Positions 59,122-63,451 of a stretch of DNA of 63,451 bases are shown here, piece by piece. Positions within the stretch are counted from its first letter, which is position 1. The number at the start of each line of letters is the position of its first letter. A program made the position numbers and the translations under genes. The DNA comes from Christensenellales bacterium. GTDB lineage: Bacteria > Bacillota > Clostridia > Christensenellales > DTU072. Location: the NCBI GenBank assembly GCA_050945855.1, contig JBMNTS010000006.1:1-63451 (forward strand), written 5' to 3'. The notes under the pieces are model-generated. The model worked only from the letters and a program-made list of their open reading frames with translations. It did no database searches and had not been told where the DNA came from.

Positions 59122-60316
59122 TTTCGTTATCCTCTATATACTTAAAAAATATTTTCAGCAATTCGGGCAGTCCGCTTTTCATTAAACCTGCGTTCAACTG
59201 CTTGCCCGCGTTAATCCCGCTTCCCCCGTCCTTTTCAAATTCCTTTTTTATTGCCAGCGCAAATTCCGTCAAGCTGTATACCTTAAACCGTTCTATTTTG
59301 TATTGCCGCGCCACCTCTTCCAAAATGACAAGCAGCTTCTGAGCGTAATTCAATTCGCCGTTGCGCCTTTTTACCTTCCTGTTAAGATGCTCCAGGATTT
59401 TATCCAGAGTATCCCGCTTGGAGGTATAATTCCATGACATTGCCGCCGCTGTTTCTTTATAAAGGCCCTCGGGGAGGCTTAAAGCCTTTTGAGTAAAAAG
59501 CGAATTGTCCAAAGACCGGATATAATAATACCTTCCCGAATAATTATGTATAAATCTAAGCGCGTCGTAATAGCCCATTTTGATATTCTTCATTATCCTT
59601 TCGTTGGAAAACACCAGTGTGCCGCCTAACGGTTCCGAAGGCTGTATGTAATGCACTTTTACCGTGCTGTCCATGGGCTTTTTTATCGTCAGATTGGAGC
59701 GTTTTGTCCTTATGGCTACAATCTCTTTATACCCGCGGCGTATCAAAGGGTTTATGGGCAGATTGTCGTAAAGCCCTCCGTCGATATACCTTTTGCCGTT
59801 GATAAGCCTGCCCTGAAAGGCGGGATAAAACGCGCTGGCAAGAATATAGTCGTGCATCATACCCGCGGGTATCTCTTCCGCAAACACTTCCACCGGCTGA
59901 AACCTGTCCGTAAGCGATACGGTGACCAGACCGAAGTCCATATTGCTGTTGCGGATTTTGTCCTCATCGATATAGGTATGCATAAGCTGCTCAATGCGCT
60001 TGGTGGAAATGCCCCTTTCTTTAAGCGCTTTTCCTATAAGCTTGTAAAAATACTTTACGGTGCTGAATTTAATGCGCATTTTAAGGAGGTTTTCCACTTC
60101 CTCGTCGTCAATATCCATGATTTTTGAGGTTAGCGCGTTGGACCAAAGGTGATAGCATAAATCTATATCGCCCTGCGCTACCATGGCGGCGTTAATCGCG
60201 CCTATGGAAGTGCCGGTTACGCCGTCAAATTTATAGCCGTTTTCGTATAGTGCCTTTATCGCTCCCACATGGTAGCTGCCTTTGGCACCGCCCCCTTCCA
60301 ATACCAAACCTCTCAT
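59105..60316 (-). CDS. Patatin-like phospholipase/lipid acyl hydrolase
   Basis: LEGGGAKG, GTSIG nucleophile, ASA.YP, DGG. Confidence 0.9.
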   Translation of the reverse strand: MRGLVLEGGGAKGSYHVGAIKALYENGYKFDGVTGTSIGAINAAMVAQGDIDLCYHLWSNALTSKIMDIDDEEVENLLKMRIKFSTVKYFYKLIGKALKERGISTKRIEQLMHTYIDEDKIRNSNMDFGLVTVSLTDRFQPVEVFAEEIPAGMMHDYILASAFYPAFQGRLINGKRYIDGGLYDNLPINPLIRRGYKEIVAIRTKRSNLTIKKPMDSTVKVHYIQPSEPLGGTLVFSNERIMKNIKMGYYDALRFIHNYSGRYYYIRSLDNSLFTQKALSLPEGLYKETAAAMSWNYTSKRDTLDKILEHLNRKVKRRNGELNYAQKLLVILEEVARQYKIERFKVYSLTEFALAIKKEFEKDGGSGINAGKQLNAGLMKSGLPELLKIFFKYIEDNENERVS

Positions 60317-60323
60317 GTTTTTC

Positions 60324-60620
60324 TCACCTTATTACGCTGCTATCTTCGCCCGACGTCGGCGGGGCGGCGGGAGTTTTGGCGTAATTCCTTACTACTGTAA
60401 AATAAAATACCGCAAGCCCTGCTATCAAAGTAATAACCGCAAGAAATATCCTTTTCTTCAATTTGCGGTTAATCTCGGCGTCCTCTCTTGCCAACTCGTC
60501 TGCCTCGTTATTGTCCCCATTAGGTAAAAGCGGCTCATCGAAAAGAACCGCTTTTTCATCTTCACTCTTGCGCTCCTCCGTTGTATTGGCTTGATAATCG
60601 GAGCCCGAATTATTTTCCAT
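60324..60620 (-). CDS. Small hypothetical membrane protein
   Basis: 98 aa: acidic N-terminus, basic patch, one TM. AAGGGG RBS. Fills the gap between GH2 and patatin. Confidence 0.6.
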   Translation of the reverse strand: MENNSGSDYQANTTEERKSEDEKAVLFDEPLLPNGDNNEADELAREDAEINRKLKKRIFLAVITLIAGLAVFYFTVVRNYAKTPAAPPTSGEDSSVIR

Positions 60621-60632
60621 TTTAGTATCCCC

Positions 60633-63450
<2,818 letters not shown>

Positions 63451-63451
63451 G

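Overview
Core-genome segment of an endospore-forming Firmicute (Clostridia-like gene order; the exact lineage cannot be read from the sequence). All ~53 protein genes lie on the minus strand. The only plus-strand gene I can support is a type A RNase P RNA (rnpB, 8863-9180). In transcription order (right to left): GH2 beta-galactosidase (cut by the window edge)-hypothetical-patatin-EIIC-like permease-polA-coaE-dinB; secD-secF-recJ-rel; membrane M28 hydrolase-GH36 alpha-galactosidase-ytxC; a ParE/ParC-like type IIA topoisomerase pair; DUF512-der-aminotransferase; tig-clpP-clpX-lon-yihA; a CsxA-like spore-surface protein; a metallophosphoesterase; a reduced dcw cluster (mraZ-rsmH-X-spoVD-murE-mraY-murD-spoVE-murA-ftsQ-ftsA-ftsZ); spoIIGA-sigE-sigG-ylmC-nrdR-sigK; and rimP-nusA-rnpM(ylxR)-ylxQ-infB-rbfA-nrnA-truB-ribF-nfo. 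I found no mobile element, CRISPR array, tRNA or rRNA, and no clear-cut novel system. The best leads are: a rewired divisome (FtsA lacking its ATP-binding motifs, an atypical protein in the ftsL slot, a probable ATT start for spoVD); rnpB back-to-back with the RnpM operon and tail-to-tail with sigK; several leaderless genes, one with a start-codon-masking hairpin; a SigK-driven CsxA-like protein; possible glycolipid-degrading enzyme pairs; a Ser-to-Arg QRDR in the ParC-like subunit; and dinB inside the polA operon. All gene calls come from motif recognition and synteny, not database searches.
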